A DNA stretch of 64,000 nt from the human T2T-CHM13v2.0 reference genome, Homo sapiens. A program made the position numbers and the translations under genes. The DNA lies in NCBI RefSeq assembly GCF_009914755.1, contig NC_060925.1; one strand, 5' to 3'. The notes under the pieces are model-generated. The model was not told where the DNA came from. It worked only from the letters and a program-made list of their open reading frames with translations, and made no database searches. Every line of letters starts with the position of its first letter. The stretch's first letter is position 1. Below, piece after piece: positions 1 through 17,836 of the stretch.

Positions 1-2
1 TT

Positions 3-156
3 AGCTGGTGTGGTGGCTAGCGCCTGTAGTTCCAGCTACTCAAGAGGCTGAGGAGGGAGGACTGCCTGAGCTCTGGAGCTTGAGGCCAGCCTGGGCAACA
101 TAACCAAGACCCTGTCTTTACAAAAAATAAAAATAAAAATAAAAATAAAAATAAAA
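3..156 (+). mobile_element. Alu monomer (FLAM-like) with (AAAAAT)n tail
   Basis: gcctgtagttccagctactc...gaggccagcctgggcaacata...accctgtct followed by an A-rich tail. Confidence 0.75.
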
Positions 157-1280
<1,124 letters not shown>

Positions 1281-2185
1281 GGGATGGGGTGGAAGCTCAA
1301 GGGTGGGTGGGCCAGCGACTGGCACTCAGGGTCAGGCACCCAGGAGATTCCACTTGGGATGGACACCCAGGGGAAGCTCACCCAGGGCCCAGCACCCGGG
1401 GGAGGGCACCCAGAGGAGGGCTTGGCTCAACACCCAGGGATGGGTCAGCGACTCATCCAGGGGAGGCCTGGGGGCCAGCCCACCATATCAGAGCAGAGGC
1501 GTCTCTAGGTGGGCACCTCCCAAGTGGGCCATCTGGTGACCCTTCTCCCTCCGCAGGGACAAGGGGTTCAGGGGCCCCGCCTGGTGGCAGAGCTGTGTTT
1601 CTGAGTGACAGCTTGTGGTGACACTCCCGAGTTCTGTTTACCTTGTGTTTCCCTGTGTCTCCCCATAGCTGGTCACATTGGCATTTGGCTCAGTCATCTG
1701 TGCTGACATCACGACTGTCAGTGATGTTCATGCCGGGTCAGGGCCTTGACTGCTTACAGCCTTGGGTTTCCCTTGCCCAGCTTCCAGGGACCTGGATCCC
1801 TGAAACCTCCGCCCGGTGGAGTGGATCTGGTTCGCGGCCGCCTGCCTGCTGTCCCTGCTATGGCGGACCCGGTTCTTGTTCTCTTCAGCTTACTCCTGTG
1901 TTTTGGTTTCAGGGGATGGACACCTTTTTAATGACTTCCTGAGCTACGTGGGGTGAATTTTTGGACTCATTGTGTCTCTGCTAGTGGCTTTACCTGATAT
2001 CCTGGCTGGGTGTAAAAATCTAGCTTGGAAATTGTCACCGACAATGTTCACATCACAACTTTGTTTTCTCGCTGCCAGCTTTTCTGAGAAGTCTGGTGCC
2101 GTTCTTATTTGTATGTGAACTGTGTTTTTCTCAGAAGCTTTTCTTTATTCTTGATGTCGTGAAATGTCATGCTGATGTGTCTTAG

Positions 2186-2756
<571 letters not shown>

Positions 2757-3046
2757 TAGGCTTAAATCTTCATGTCCCAGTTCAGAGATATAGTCATCAT
2801 AGTCTGTCTTATGTATTCATTACATTCTGTCTAGCTGCTTTAATTTCTTCATCTTAAGAACTACATTCTTTGATTCTCTGGAGCCTTCTATGTTAGTACT
2901 TTGCTGTTCACATGTTAGCCTTACAATGATGTTGATTTTGGTCCCCAAATTCCCTTCCATATTTCTATAGTCCTCTCTTGTCCTTTTCCCTTTGAGTCCT
3001 AGTTCAATTGAATTCCTATTCTTAATAAGTGTTTTGTGGTGTAAAG

Positions 3047-3462
3047 TACAGCTGACTTTGCACTACATAGGTCACTTATGCGTGGATTTTCCTTCACCTC
3101 TGCCACCCTGAGACGGCAAGACCAACCCTTCTTCTCCTTCCTCCTCCTCAGCCTACTCAACATGGAGACCATGAGGATGAAGATGTTTATGTTGATCCAT
3201 TTCCATTCAGTGAAGTGGAACTACATTTCCTCTTCCTTAGGATTTTCTTCCTGGGATTTGTAGCTTACCGTATTGTAATACAGTATATAATAGCATAAAA
3301 CATAAAAAATATGTGCCACTTGACTGCGTATGTTATGCATAAGGCTTCCAGTCAACAGGAGTCTGTTAGTAGTTAAGCTTTTGGGGAGTCAAAGCTTAAA
3401 GGTGGGTTTTCAACTGTGTGGGGGCCAGTGTCCCTAGCCCTTGCATCATTCAAGGGTCAGCT
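3047..3462. mobile_element. Tigger2-family DNA transposon remnant (Tigger2a/MER28-like)
   Basis: Degenerate TIRs cagctgacttt.../...caagggtcagctg; internal cctcctcctcagcctactcaac...gaggatgaagat characteristic of Tigger2. Confidence 0.65.
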
Positions 3463-4399
3463 GTCTGTCCTTTCTGTGTCTCAGGGCTTTTTCCTCTTCA
3501 TCCTTTCTTGCCTGGTCTGGAGCTTGTCTGCAGACCTACTGGGCCCCAGCTCCCCTTACCAAGCATATGCTTGGTGGCTCCTCTGTGTCTTTCTATTTGC
3601 TCTCATTGTGGGGGTCTCTGTCCTCGAGGTCTGCAGGAGGAGTTAATTTTCTTCACTTGTGCTGGGTGTCTGGTGTGTCCGCCACTGTTCTGAGTGCTGA
3701 GGGCATTGGAGGCGGCTCTGTTCTTCCCCAGCTCAGCACTGAAGGGTGACGTCATCCAACTCTGGTCTCCCTTCTGAGATGTGACACAACGTCACAGGCC
3801 AGGGAGCTCCACTCTGAGGGGTCAGGTGGGGCGGGACCATCCTCCGTGGGATTCAGCATCTGTGTAATAATACTTGAAACCCTCTAGCTTCAGTTCTGTT
3901 GGAGTTCATGGCCCTGTTTCTCCTCAGCCGTCAGAAGAGGGACACAACAAGGTTACCTCCTTGAGTGTCTCCCCAGGGGTGGTGGGTGACAGGTGTCCAG
4001 ATGCCACCCCTCCCAGCTATGTGGCATGGGTGGGCTTAGGGCTGCGCTCGTTGGGCACGTTTAGTTCAGTTCATGAGAGTGTAAACTCTTTTCCTTGTCG
4101 GGCTGCTGTTGGCTGTTGACCTCCCTCTCTGTGGTTTGCCCCCTCTGGTCACTCCTCTGGGGAGAGGGCAGCCTGCAGGTCAGGGACCACCTCTCCCTGG
4201 AAGCCTCTGTGTGTTCCTGCTTCTCTGGTCATTCCCTGCCCATCATTCCTTTATGGTTTTTTCCTGACTGTAGGATTTTTTATTTCAACTTTGATACTTA
4301 ATATATCATCCTGAGCCATCGCTTCCTTAAAGCACCCTATTCTTGTTTCCTGAATGTAGCACCTTCTTTCAGATGAAACTATAGTTATTTGGTTGTTGT

Positions 4400-5590
<1,191 letters not shown>

Positions 5591-8500
5591 TAGGGTCCCT
5601 TTCTATCAGTTGGTTTTGATCTCTCTTCATGTAGGAGGCAGAGAGAGGCTGTAGGGTCATGTTGCAGGTAGGATTGTGGTCCAGTGGCCTTGCTGCGAGC
5701 TGGCCGGGGCAAGGATGTGGACTCAGTGCAGGGCTCAGCAGGCCCAAGAGTGTCAGGGCTGTGGCCTTGTGTCTGGCCAGCACTGAGGAGCAGGAGAGAC
5801 TTGTCAGGCCTCTGGTGGCCTGGGGAGGAGGGAGGAGAGAGAAGGGAAGGAGTCAGGCCGGGTCCCAGAGCAGTGTTTTCCTGAACATGACTGGAAACCC
5901 TTGGATCTGATGGCCAGGGGACCCTTTCTTTCAGTTGGCTGGGCCAGAGCCACCCCTGACCTCCCTCCTCTTCCTGCACCCTTGCTCCCACCGGGGCTTC
6001 TGGGCTCAGCAAACAAAAGCACAGGACACCCAGGTCCGTCTCAGACGAGCAACGGATGATCTGTAGGTGCATCCTATGCGGTATTTGGGATATACTAAAA
6101 AAAGTAATTTGTTGTCGATGTGAAATTCTGATTTAACCAGGTACCCTATATTTTCTTTGGCAACCCTGTCCCCTGCGCCCCTCAGCGGTATCTGGAAATA
6201 TTTTTGGTTGTCATGATGGGGTGGGGTACAGGCCAGGGGTGCTGCTTAGCATCTGGACAGCCCCCACTATGGAGAATGATGAGGCTGAGAAAGCTCCCCA
6301 GGCCGGGGCTCTCCTGTGAGGCAAGTCTCCTGGCAGTCTTCAGGTGTGGCAGGGGTTGGGGTGGGCCCGGGGGTCATGTCCCAGCTCAGCTGGTCCTGAG
6401 AAGCTGCCTGGTAGACAGTCACCGGCACAGAGAGCTGGAAAGTGCCCTCGACCCCAGAACCTGGGTCCTGTGAGGACATCCACCCTGTGTGAGGCCAGGG
6501 AGTGCTCAGCAGATGGGGGCAGCAGGGGGTGTCAGCATGGGTGGGGGTTCCTGCCAAGGCAGGCAGCTGAGCTGGCCCCACCTCAGAGTGCAGGGGCCCT
6601 CAGCTTGATCTTTTCTGGGCTCCACTCTTGACTGATGGACCCATGGGGCACCCTGGCCCCACCCTGCCTGCCTTGCCCCAGCTCCTGCCCTTGCCCTGTA
6701 GGGCTCTGCGGCCTCCCCTGTGCCTGTGTGCCTGGCTCACTAGACCCTGGACCTGCGGTCCCTCAGCTCCACTCTAGTCCCCTTACTCTGTCCCTCTACT
6801 GCCTGGCGTCGCTCAGCTCCTCCCTGCCTGTCCAGCGCCCAGCATCCTGTGCCCATGACCTCACATCTGTCCCTCTGCCCGGGTCCCCCACTCACCTGTG
6901 TTTTGGTCCATCTTTGTCTGCTGACCCCACTATAGATTTTAAAAATACAAATATGCATGCACGTGGTTAAAAACTCGCTGATGTCAGATGGCTGGGATGA
7001 AAGGACTGCCTGCTGCCTTTCCTCTTGTAGTGCTCGGACACCTCTGCAGGCGAAGCTCCTTGTTTTTCTTTTTTGTTGTTGTTGTTGTTTTTTCACTTCT
7101 TATTTTGAAATAATTATAGATTCACAGGAAGTTGCAAAAAAAAAACAAAACAAAACCCGTGGGAGAGATCGCACGGACCCCTCCCCAGTTCCCCTGATTG
7201 CACACACAGGGCATATCTGGGGTCTCTGGATTTGTGTGTCTTACTTTGTGCGTCTGTGCACGCATGTGTATAACTGCAGTTTTATCACGTGTGAATATCT
7301 GTGGCCATTCTCAGGCCCACGCGGCTTCCTGCTCCTGCCCCTGAATGGGCACCCCCAACACCCCAAAACCTGTTCTCAGCTGTAAAATCGTGTCATTTCA
7401 GGAGTGTCATAGATGGATGCATCGGCCTGTCACTTTTTAGCCTTACCCTTTTCCCTCACCATAGTGCCCTCAGATCCACCCACTTCTGTCCATCTCCAGC
7501 TCCCTGTTCTTGCTGAGAAGTCCCACATGGTGTAGTGGCACCTTGATTCTCCCTTTCTGGCTGTTACCAGTATAGCTGGCTGCTGTGAGCTTTCGCTGCA
7601 GGTTTTGTGTGAGCTGCAGTCTTCGTTTCTCAGTGATCCATGCCCGGAAGTGAGAGGGCCAGGTCGTGGAGTAGTTGCTTGTTTGGTGTTGTGAGGACCT
7701 GCACCCTGTCTTCCAGAGGGCCACCCGTTTTGCCTCCCCACCAGCAGCATGCCAGTGACCTGGTTTCTCCTCATGCTGGCCAGTGTTCAGGTTCACCACT
7801 GCATCTGTCTGGGCCACATCGCCTGTGTTTCCCTGGTGGCGTGGTGACCTTTCCGCGGCACACCTGCGGCTGCCCCTCTGTGCTGTCCTTGCTGTTCCTC
7901 CCGTCATCTTAGCCCACGTGTGTAAATGACATATGTTCCCCTCCCTTGTGGGTGTTGTTTTTGATGTCCTGTGACCGCTGTCCTGGAGTGTGGGCCAGAT
8001 TCACTGGCTGTCACAGCTGGCTATGCCCACCCTCCCTGCGGCAGGGTCCTCAGTGAGACCTGTGCCTACTGGTTCTGGGTGATGAGCGTGAACGTTCTCC
8101 GTGGCTGCTGGCACGTGGGCATGACCACAGGGTAGAGTGAGACTGCAGAGATGAGGGCAGCAGGCCCCTGCTTGGCACCTGAAGCCCTGGGCAACTGGCA
8201 AGGACTGAGCCCTCTCCTGGCTGGAAGGGGCTGGGCCACCTGCTCTTGGGCTTGTCTCTGGAAGGCCCTCTGGGGGTCTTACTACCTCCCTGTCTCAGCT
8301 CCCACCAGCCTGTGAAGCCCTGTGCAGTCCATACCTGCAATCAACCCCAGCCATGGAGGTGGCTGTACCCCAGGTGTCTCCACTTAGTGCCCCCCCCCCC
8401 CCCGACATGCCCCACGCTGCCCAGCCTCTCCTCTTCCCACCATCCGTCTGGTCAGGGGTCATTCTTGTGGTGCCTGCCCAAATCCTCTGAGGAGGGCTGC

Positions 8501-9104
8501 CTGGAGTGCAGGTCAGAATGGCTCTGGGGCCCCGATTGGGTTCTGAGACTTGGCTTGGGGAGGCAGGTGGTGGGCATGGGCAGAGTGGGCCTCAGGCATG
8601 CTGTACCTCCCTGACAACCTCCTGGGCTCCTTGCTCCTCCCTCCTGCCCACCTTAGGACCCTTGGGCTCCTCGATGGCTTCCCTGGGCTGGAACAGGCAG
8701 GTCTGGTTCTCAGTGGCTGTGCACACCGTTCCCCTGCGGGGCCCTGCCCATCCCTGCTCCCACATCCAGCGGACTGTTGTCATTTCTGCCCTAGGCTCTG
8801 GGACTACTCCGGATGATGCCCTCGGGCAGGCTATTGCAGTTCTGCCAGTCCCTGGGCAAACAGGGTCTGTCTGCGCTGGCCCCTGTGAGCTCGTCTTTGC
8901 CTGCTTAGACGAGAGCTCCGGAGGCTCAGCTGCGCACGGCTGTGGGCAGGGCTTTCCATGCGCTGGTCCAGGTGTACCCTGCCTGGCCTGCTGTGCGTTG
9001 TCTGCACGCACCCTCGCATTGCTGTGGGCGCGGCACTCTGCGCTGGTCTCCAAGGTGCCCGCATCTAGCTGTGATGCGCGCCTTGGGAGGTGCTGCCTGG
9101 TGTG

Positions 9105-9300
9105 GCTGTGGGCGTGGCTCGCTGTGGGCGTGGCTCGCTGTGGGCGTGGCTCGCTGTGGGCGTGGCTCGCTGTGGGCGTGGCTCGCTGTGGGCGTGGCTC
9201 GCTGTGGGCGTGGCTCGCTGTGGGCGTGGCTCGCTGTGGGCGTGGCTCGCTGTGGGCGTGGCTCGCTGTGGGCGTGGCTCGCTGTGGGCGTGGCTCGCTG
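9105..9300. repeat. Minisatellite: 12 perfect copies of 16-bp GCTGTGGGCGTGGCTC plus a partial copy
   Basis: Exact 16-nt period from 9105 to 9296 (192 nt), then GCTG. Confidence 0.97.
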
Positions 9301-9476
9301 CGTGTGGTGACCTGGGCGCTTGCCTTAAAGGCGCAGCCCCTTGTGGCTGAGGGCAGAGCTCTTTGCGTTGGTCCACGGTGTGCTCCTCTGCCCGGGTAAG
9401 GCGCGCTCCCTCATGCAGCCCTTTCTGGCCCACTCAGTTGGTGAGCTGCCATGCGCCCCTGCCTCTCTCCCTGCAG

Positions 9477-10298
<822 letters not shown>

Positions 10299-12127
10299 TC
10301 CGAAGCCTTGGCTGGCGCAGGCTGATGGGGAGGCTGGGGCCTGGGGCCTTTGGCCTCTGTCCAGGGTCTTCCCGTCCCATCTGTCTGCTGCGCCTACTGG
10401 GTGGGAGCCCTGGTTTCCATCTGGGAAAGTCCCCCTTGTAGGTGCCCTGCCTGGCCCCACCCATGCTCAGGGGCCCCAGGCACGTGGGTTGTTTTCTCCC
10501 TGGACTTCCTGTGGCCCCAGAGGAGCCCACCGTGTGAGTGCTGGGCTCCAGATGGCGCCGGGTCCCAATCGTGGCTCCACACAGGGTTGTCTGGGAGGAC
10601 GGGACGGTGTCTCTGGCCAGCACTGGCAGCTTCCGGGCCTTGTACCCCACTCTGCCTGGCATGAGCCTCATGGGGGGTTGGTCCCTGTGCCTGGAAGCGG
10701 GGTGGTGTCCAGGGTCTGCAGGCTGGGGCTCGGGCTTTGGGAGTTGTTTCACTGTGCTTGCTTCCAGCATGTCTCAGGGTGGGGCTATGCGTGGTCTAGA
10801 GGGGTCTGGGGCATTGGATCAGGTGGCATGTGGGTGTCTACACATCGAGAAGCACACAGGGATGAGCCACTAGGTATCCCATGCTGGAGGCTTGTGGAAG
10901 GCTGTGCCCATCTCCCATGTTTCCCCACCTCTGTTCCTCCTCAGAGCCCTCCAGGAGCGTGGGGTGGGGGCCAGCGCAGGGCTCAGGAGCCAGCAGGGCA
11001 GAGTTCTGCCTGTGTGTGCTGGGTTTTGGCATAGCCTGTGTTTGCAGTGAGAGTGACTTGCTGTCAGTCACGGGGCACAGCCTCCTGTTCACCCACTGGC
11101 TTCCCCCTTCCCACTGAAGTGTGAGCTCTATGTTTCAGGGCATCTATTAAAGAGTGAGCCACAGGCAGCCCCTTGGGAGCTCTGGTTTCATTTGGGGGAG
11201 AGGGAGGTGGGGGCTTAGTTTTTGTGATCTGGCTGACTGGACCCCGGGAACAGCGCTCCTTTGAGAACGCCCAGACCTACCAGATGAAGCACTTGGCATG
11301 GCTGCAGGCCAGCAGGGGAGGCCTCAGAGGCCCAGGCTGGGCACGTGGGTGCCGAGTCTGCAAAGGACAGCCCCATGGCTGTGAGCTGTCGGCTGCAGGG
11401 CGCAGGGCCTGGGGGGCAGGCGTTTGGGCCACCAAGCTGGACGTTAGGGTGGCCACAGAGGGCCAAGCAGGCAGGGAGCCTGTGCCGCCATCCTGGGGGG
11501 CCACAGGTGCTCTCTAGAAATCTGCAGCCATGGCGGTTTTGGGGTCAGGGGTCTAAAGGCAGCTCTGAGCTGCAGTGTAGTTTGTGATCACCCAGGAGGA
11601 GGGTGTAGAGCGGATGGACGGGAGGAAGCGGCTGCAGCTGGAGGGAAGAGAGGGGCCGTCCAGCCTCACCCGCTGCAGTCAGCTCTCCTATGGGCAAGGA
11701 AACAGCTAGGTGGCCCTGACCCCTGCGGTCCTGAGAGCCGGTGGCCTTCAGCCCCTCTTGGACAGGTCATGGTCTGGAAGCGCCCAGCGCAGGATGGATT
11801 CCAGACCAGCATCCCTGCAACCTTTTCAGCCCCACTGGCTGCTGCTTTAAACTGGCATGGAGACATTTGATCAGCTTCCCAGCCAGTTTTCTCTCCAGCT
11901 CAGCCAGGAGTGGGTGCCTGTGGCCTGTGTCACCAAGAGCTGGTGTCTCCTGCATGAGGGGCATGCACCCCTGGAATGAGGGTCTGTGCCTCGAGCTCAA
12001 AGTGTCCCGGCTCTGTCATCTGCCTGAAGTTGCCTGGCTTTTCCAGTGGGGCCTCCTTGAGTGCTGCAGCATCTGGGAGCATCCTAGCCTGTCCCGTGGG
12101 TGTGGCTGGGTGAGGGCTAGGAGGTGA

Positions 12128-12522
<395 letters not shown>

Positions 12523-12790
12523 TCTTCTGTGTCTTTAAAAAGGAAAGTGTCAGTCAACAAAAGAGCCCCTCTGTCATACAAACCAAATCAGTTTTCACCA
12601 AAATGTCCTTAGTCCTCTCAGAAAGGCCTGGCCTTTAGGACCTTGGAAGCAGGCCCTAAAGCGCATCGGCAGGGTCAGAGCTTTGTGTTCAGGAACACTG
12701 GGATCTGCTGAGAGCTGGTGTAGCCGCTCCAAAACTGCACACTGCTTTTCCTGTCTGCTTTAGTTTGTGTTGTAAAAACATAGGAAGTTC

Positions 12791-12811
12791 GTGTGTGTGT
12801 GTGTGTGTGTG
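12791..12811. repeat. (GT)10 microsatellite
   Basis: gtgtgtgtgtgtgtgtgtgtg. Confidence 0.9.
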
Positions 12812-13021
12812 AATTCAAGGCATAAGGTGCAGTTGTGTTATGTGGGTATAGTGCATGGTGGTGCAGTCTGGGCTTCTTACCCTCACACCTCCTGCCTCCC
12901 CTCGTTAGAGTCCCCCACATCCGCCTTCCACTTTCTGAGCCCACATTGCCTGTTGGGCAGCTCCTGGTTATGAGGCAGGACGTGTGGTGTTTGACTGTCT
13001 GTTTCTGAGCTGTTTTACTTA

Positions 13022-13484
<463 letters not shown>

Positions 13485-14479
13485 CTAAGAAGTATACGTT
13501 CATTGTAAAATCATTATCATCATCATCTTCTAATCCCCAAGGAGACAAGCTCCCTGTTCTGTGTTCTTGTATGAGGCGGTCAGTCAAGCGCAGCCCGAGA
13601 GGAGAGGCGGGAGCCTGGGAGAGCCTCTGCTAGACCTTTCCTGGCACTTCCCCAGGAAAGGCAAGGCAGGGCAGATGTGCGGCTGGCCAGCTGGAGTGAT
13701 TTCCATGGGCTCCAAGCTGTAGGAGTGGTCCCTGGCTGCCAGAGTGCTCTGGCCAGATAGAGGTGGGCTCTGGACTGGTGAGGCTGCATTGCGGAGGCGC
13801 GCACACCCAGCTGGGCCCTTATCTGTAAGGACTGGCTGGCCTGGGAGGGGCAGTCTCCCAGCCAGAAGGTGGAATTTTTTTTTTTTTTTGAGATATCAAA
13901 ACATCCTAAGGTACAGGAAAGAAATTGTCAACACACACACACAGTACCATAAACAAGGCCCAGCAGAAAGGCAGACAGAAGCACACACACCAATGTTCTG
14001 ATCTTAGAGTAAGCAGACACATCACATGGAATGAGGATGTTTAATATATTTAAAGAAAACAATTTATGCACAGGAAGCAAGAGACTATAAAAATGACCAA
14101 GCAGATTTTAAAAAGAGAACTTGTTGAAATAAAAATAAAATACTCTAAAAAATATTCCATGATGTGTTTCCTGAAGAATCGGGAACTGTTTGAAGAAATG
14201 ACCCAAAGTGCAGCACAGAAAGACAGAGCTGGAAAATATGAGATGGGATGAGACAAGAAGATGGAGAGTTTAGTATGACATCCGCAATTTACGAGTAATT
14301 CCAGAAGGAGGGGAAAGAGAATATGGGGTGGAGGCAAGTATTCAGAGAAATACGGCTGAGAACTTTCCCAAACCAACAGGAGCCCCTGCTCCTTAGGTTC
14401 AGGAACCAGCAGCTCCCAAGCAGCATAGTTAAAAAGCTCTACCCAAACAGTCACGTCTTGGTGAAAGTACAGAATCTCA

Positions 14480-15004
<525 letters not shown>

Positions 15005-15437
15005 TCACTCCGGAGTTTGCTGCCAGCAGAGCCTAGAGCGTCTAAGGCATGTCTGGGCTTCTGGCGAGGGATCCTGTGGGGAAGCTGGAGATGGAAGAAG
15101 GAGTGAATAGGCAGGAAGGTGGATTTGTGGGCATGTCTAAAACACCACATCTAGAAGCTTCTACTTAGAATGCCTACTTTTGGAGTTTATAAAAAAGATG
15201 CCACATGTTGAGTTGGGAGAGAGGTGCCCAAACCTACAGTGTTCTAAAGTCCCCCTACTGGTCGGAAGGAGGGCACGGACACTGACTTCAGCATCTGTTA
15301 CAAGGCTTATCAAAGTTTTCAGATAATCTCTAAAAGAATGGAAATATATCTTCCAAACTATAGAGGGAAGACCATGGAATTTAAAAGCCAGTCCTTCAAG
15401 GAGAAATGAACAAACTCAAAATCGTAGTTGGGAGTGT

Positions 15438-15810
15438 TTTTTTTTTTTTTGAGACAGAGTCTCACTCTTGCCCAGGCTGGAGTGGAGTGGCATAAACACA
15501 GCTCACTACAGCCTCAACCTTCTGGGCTCAGATGATTCTCCTGCCTCAGCCTCCTGAGTAGCAGGAACTACAGGTGTGAGTCATCACACTCAGCTAATTT
15601 TTTTTTTTTTTTTTTACTTTTTGTAGAGATGGGGTTCTCACTGCATTGCCCAGGCTGGTCTTGAATTTCTGGGCTCAGGTGATCTTCCCACCTCAGCCTC
15701 CTGAGTAGCTGGGACCACAGGTGCATGCTAATTTTTAAAATTTTTTGTTTTTAAATGCTGGTCTTCAACTCTTGTCCCCAAGTAGCTGGGATTGGGGCAT
15801 GAGGCACTGT
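15438..15810 (-). mobile_element. AluJ with an extra partial arm
   Basis: Reverse Alu; second cctcagcctcctgagtagctggg block at ~15692. Confidence 0.75.
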
Positions 15811-15819
15811 GCTAACTTC

Positions 15820-16120
15820 ATGTTGAAATTGAATTGCCATTCTAACAGTGTTAAGAGATGGGGCCTGTAAGAGGTGATTAGGCTGTGAGGGCTCCACTCT
15901 CCAAGGGCGGAGTTAATGTTATGAAAGGGTAAGTCCAGCCCGCTTGTGCCTCTCTTGCCCTCCAGTGTTCAAAGCACCATCTTGGAGGTGGAATTCCCAA
16001 GTCGGCCAGTTCCTGGATCTTGGACTGTCCGGTCTCCAGAACCGTGAGCCAATAAACCTCTGTTCCTTGTAAATGAGTCAGCCTCAGGTATTCTCTTGTA
16101 GCAGCACAAATGGAGGCAGA
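15820..16120 (+). mobile_element. MST-type ERVL-MaLR LTR
   Basis: tgttgaaatt...gaggtgattaggctgtgagggctccactct...gccaataaacctctgttcc...cagcctcaggtattct. Confidence 0.7.
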
Positions 16121-17018
16121 CACTTCCTTCACCAATCTCATGGGAGGCCCACTCCTGTGAGCTGCCTCTAGTTCCCCAGGCCACAGACTCCATCAGGGCT
16201 CACCTGGAGCCGTCCCTGTCTCACCTGGAAGCTCTCCCACTCCTCTGGCCAGCCTGGGCATCTCCACCCAATATGAGTGATGGCGACTGATTCCCTTACT
16301 TTAGCAAGCTGGGAATAAGGAATGTTTGCCTGTTCTTATTCAGGGGTCTCTGCATCTCCACACTTGCACAGGTTGTGTGTACATACATTTTCCTGTCTTT
16401 CTGGTAAGCCCCTGGGGTGGAGCTCTGGGCCACAGGGCAGGAAAACTCAGTGTTGCTAGGAACTGCCAGACATTTTCCCGGAGTGAGTGCAGCATTTACA
16501 TTCCCACCAGAAGTGTGCCAGGTTCTTGTCATACTGCGTCCTCGCCAGCGCTTGGTGCTGTCAGTCTTCTTAGTTTCCATTTAGAGATTCAGTGTTTAAA
16601 TTTTGAACGTCTTGGGTGAACACCTTGGTTTGAGAAAAGTAAGAAAAAGGGTCTGTCTGGCTATGGGCCATGGAGACCCAGGGCAGTGCTCCACGTGCCA
16701 ACCCTGGGGCAGGGAGCCCAAGCTAGGACTGTGACTGTCTGGGCTGTGGGCATCTGACCATCTCCAGTGTCCCCGTCTTTGATTTCCCTGGCGATGGTGC
16801 TAGCTTAGTTTGTGCGCATCGGCATTTGTGGGAGAAATGAAGGATTAATACATTTTGTTTTATGTCAGACTCTCTCAGTGAGAAGTTCTCAGGGACAATA
16901 ATAGCAGGGGGTCCTGCTGAAGAAAAACTGGGAGATGGCTGAGCTCTGGTCCATCTTTCATTGATTCATTCATTTCTTCATTCATTCAACCATGTATTGA
17001 ATGCTTATAGCCAATGAA

Positions 17019-17024
17019 AATAAA
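17019..17024 (+). terminator. Candidate distal IBA57 polyadenylation signal AATAAA
   Basis: Canonical hexamer, U-rich tatattttattg downstream, then a GU/G-rich minisatellite. Confidence 0.6.
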
Positions 17025-17079
17025 GTACACAGTATATTTTATTGCTACGGGCTCTATGGTGAAAAATGAAGCAGGAAAG

Positions 17080-17560
17080 CGGGACAGGGTGTGTGTGGTG
17101 GGGACGGGGTGTGTATGGTGGGGACGGGGTGTGTGGTGGGGGGACGGGAAGTGTGTGGTGGGGACGAGGTGTGTGGTGGGGACGGGGTGTGTGTGGTGGG
17201 GACGGGGTGTGTGCGGTGGGGATGGGGTGTGCGGTGGGGACGGGGTGTGTGTGGTGGGGAGATGGGGTGTGTGTGGTGGGGACGAGGTGTGCGGTGGGGA
17301 CGGGGTGTGTGTGGTGGGGAGATGAGGTGTGTGCGCTGGGGACGGGGTGTGTGCGGTGGGGACGGGGTGTGTGTGCTGGGGACGGGGTGTGTGCGGTGGG
17401 GACGGGGTGTGTGCGGTGGGGACGGGGTGTGTGCGGTGGGGACGGGGTGTGTGCGGTGGGGACGGGGTGTGTGTGGGGGGATGGGGTGTGTGGGGGAGGA
17501 CGGGGTTTGTATGGTGGGGACGGGGTGTGTGGTGGGTGGGGTGTTTGTGGTGGAGACAGG
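17080..17560. repeat. G-rich minisatellite, ~18-22-bp unit GGGGACGGGGTGTGTG(C/T)GGT
   Basis: More than 20 variant copies; G4-forming potential. Confidence 0.95.
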
Positions 17561-17836
17561 GATGGGGCGTGTGAGGGCACTGGAGGTGTGGATAGCAGTT
17601 GGATGCCCAGCTGGGGGTAGGCAGTCTGGAGGGTCCTGAATTTGGGAGCTCAGATGTGTGGGCCACCCGGACATGCTGGAGAAGGGCATTTGGGGAAAAC
17701 GGCTCTGAGGGGTGGACACCTGCCCTCTGGCCTCACCAGCTGTGGACAGGTGTGTGCTGATTGTGTTTCTGGTCTTTTAAGGACATCGTGCTGGGCTGCA
17801 GATGTTGCTGTTTTTTAATTGAAACTTTATTGCCCG

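Noticed and set aside
16986-17719. Multiple 100-226-aa His/Pro/Thr or Gly/Val/Cys ORFs
   Set aside because: Translations of the stop-free G-rich minisatellite.
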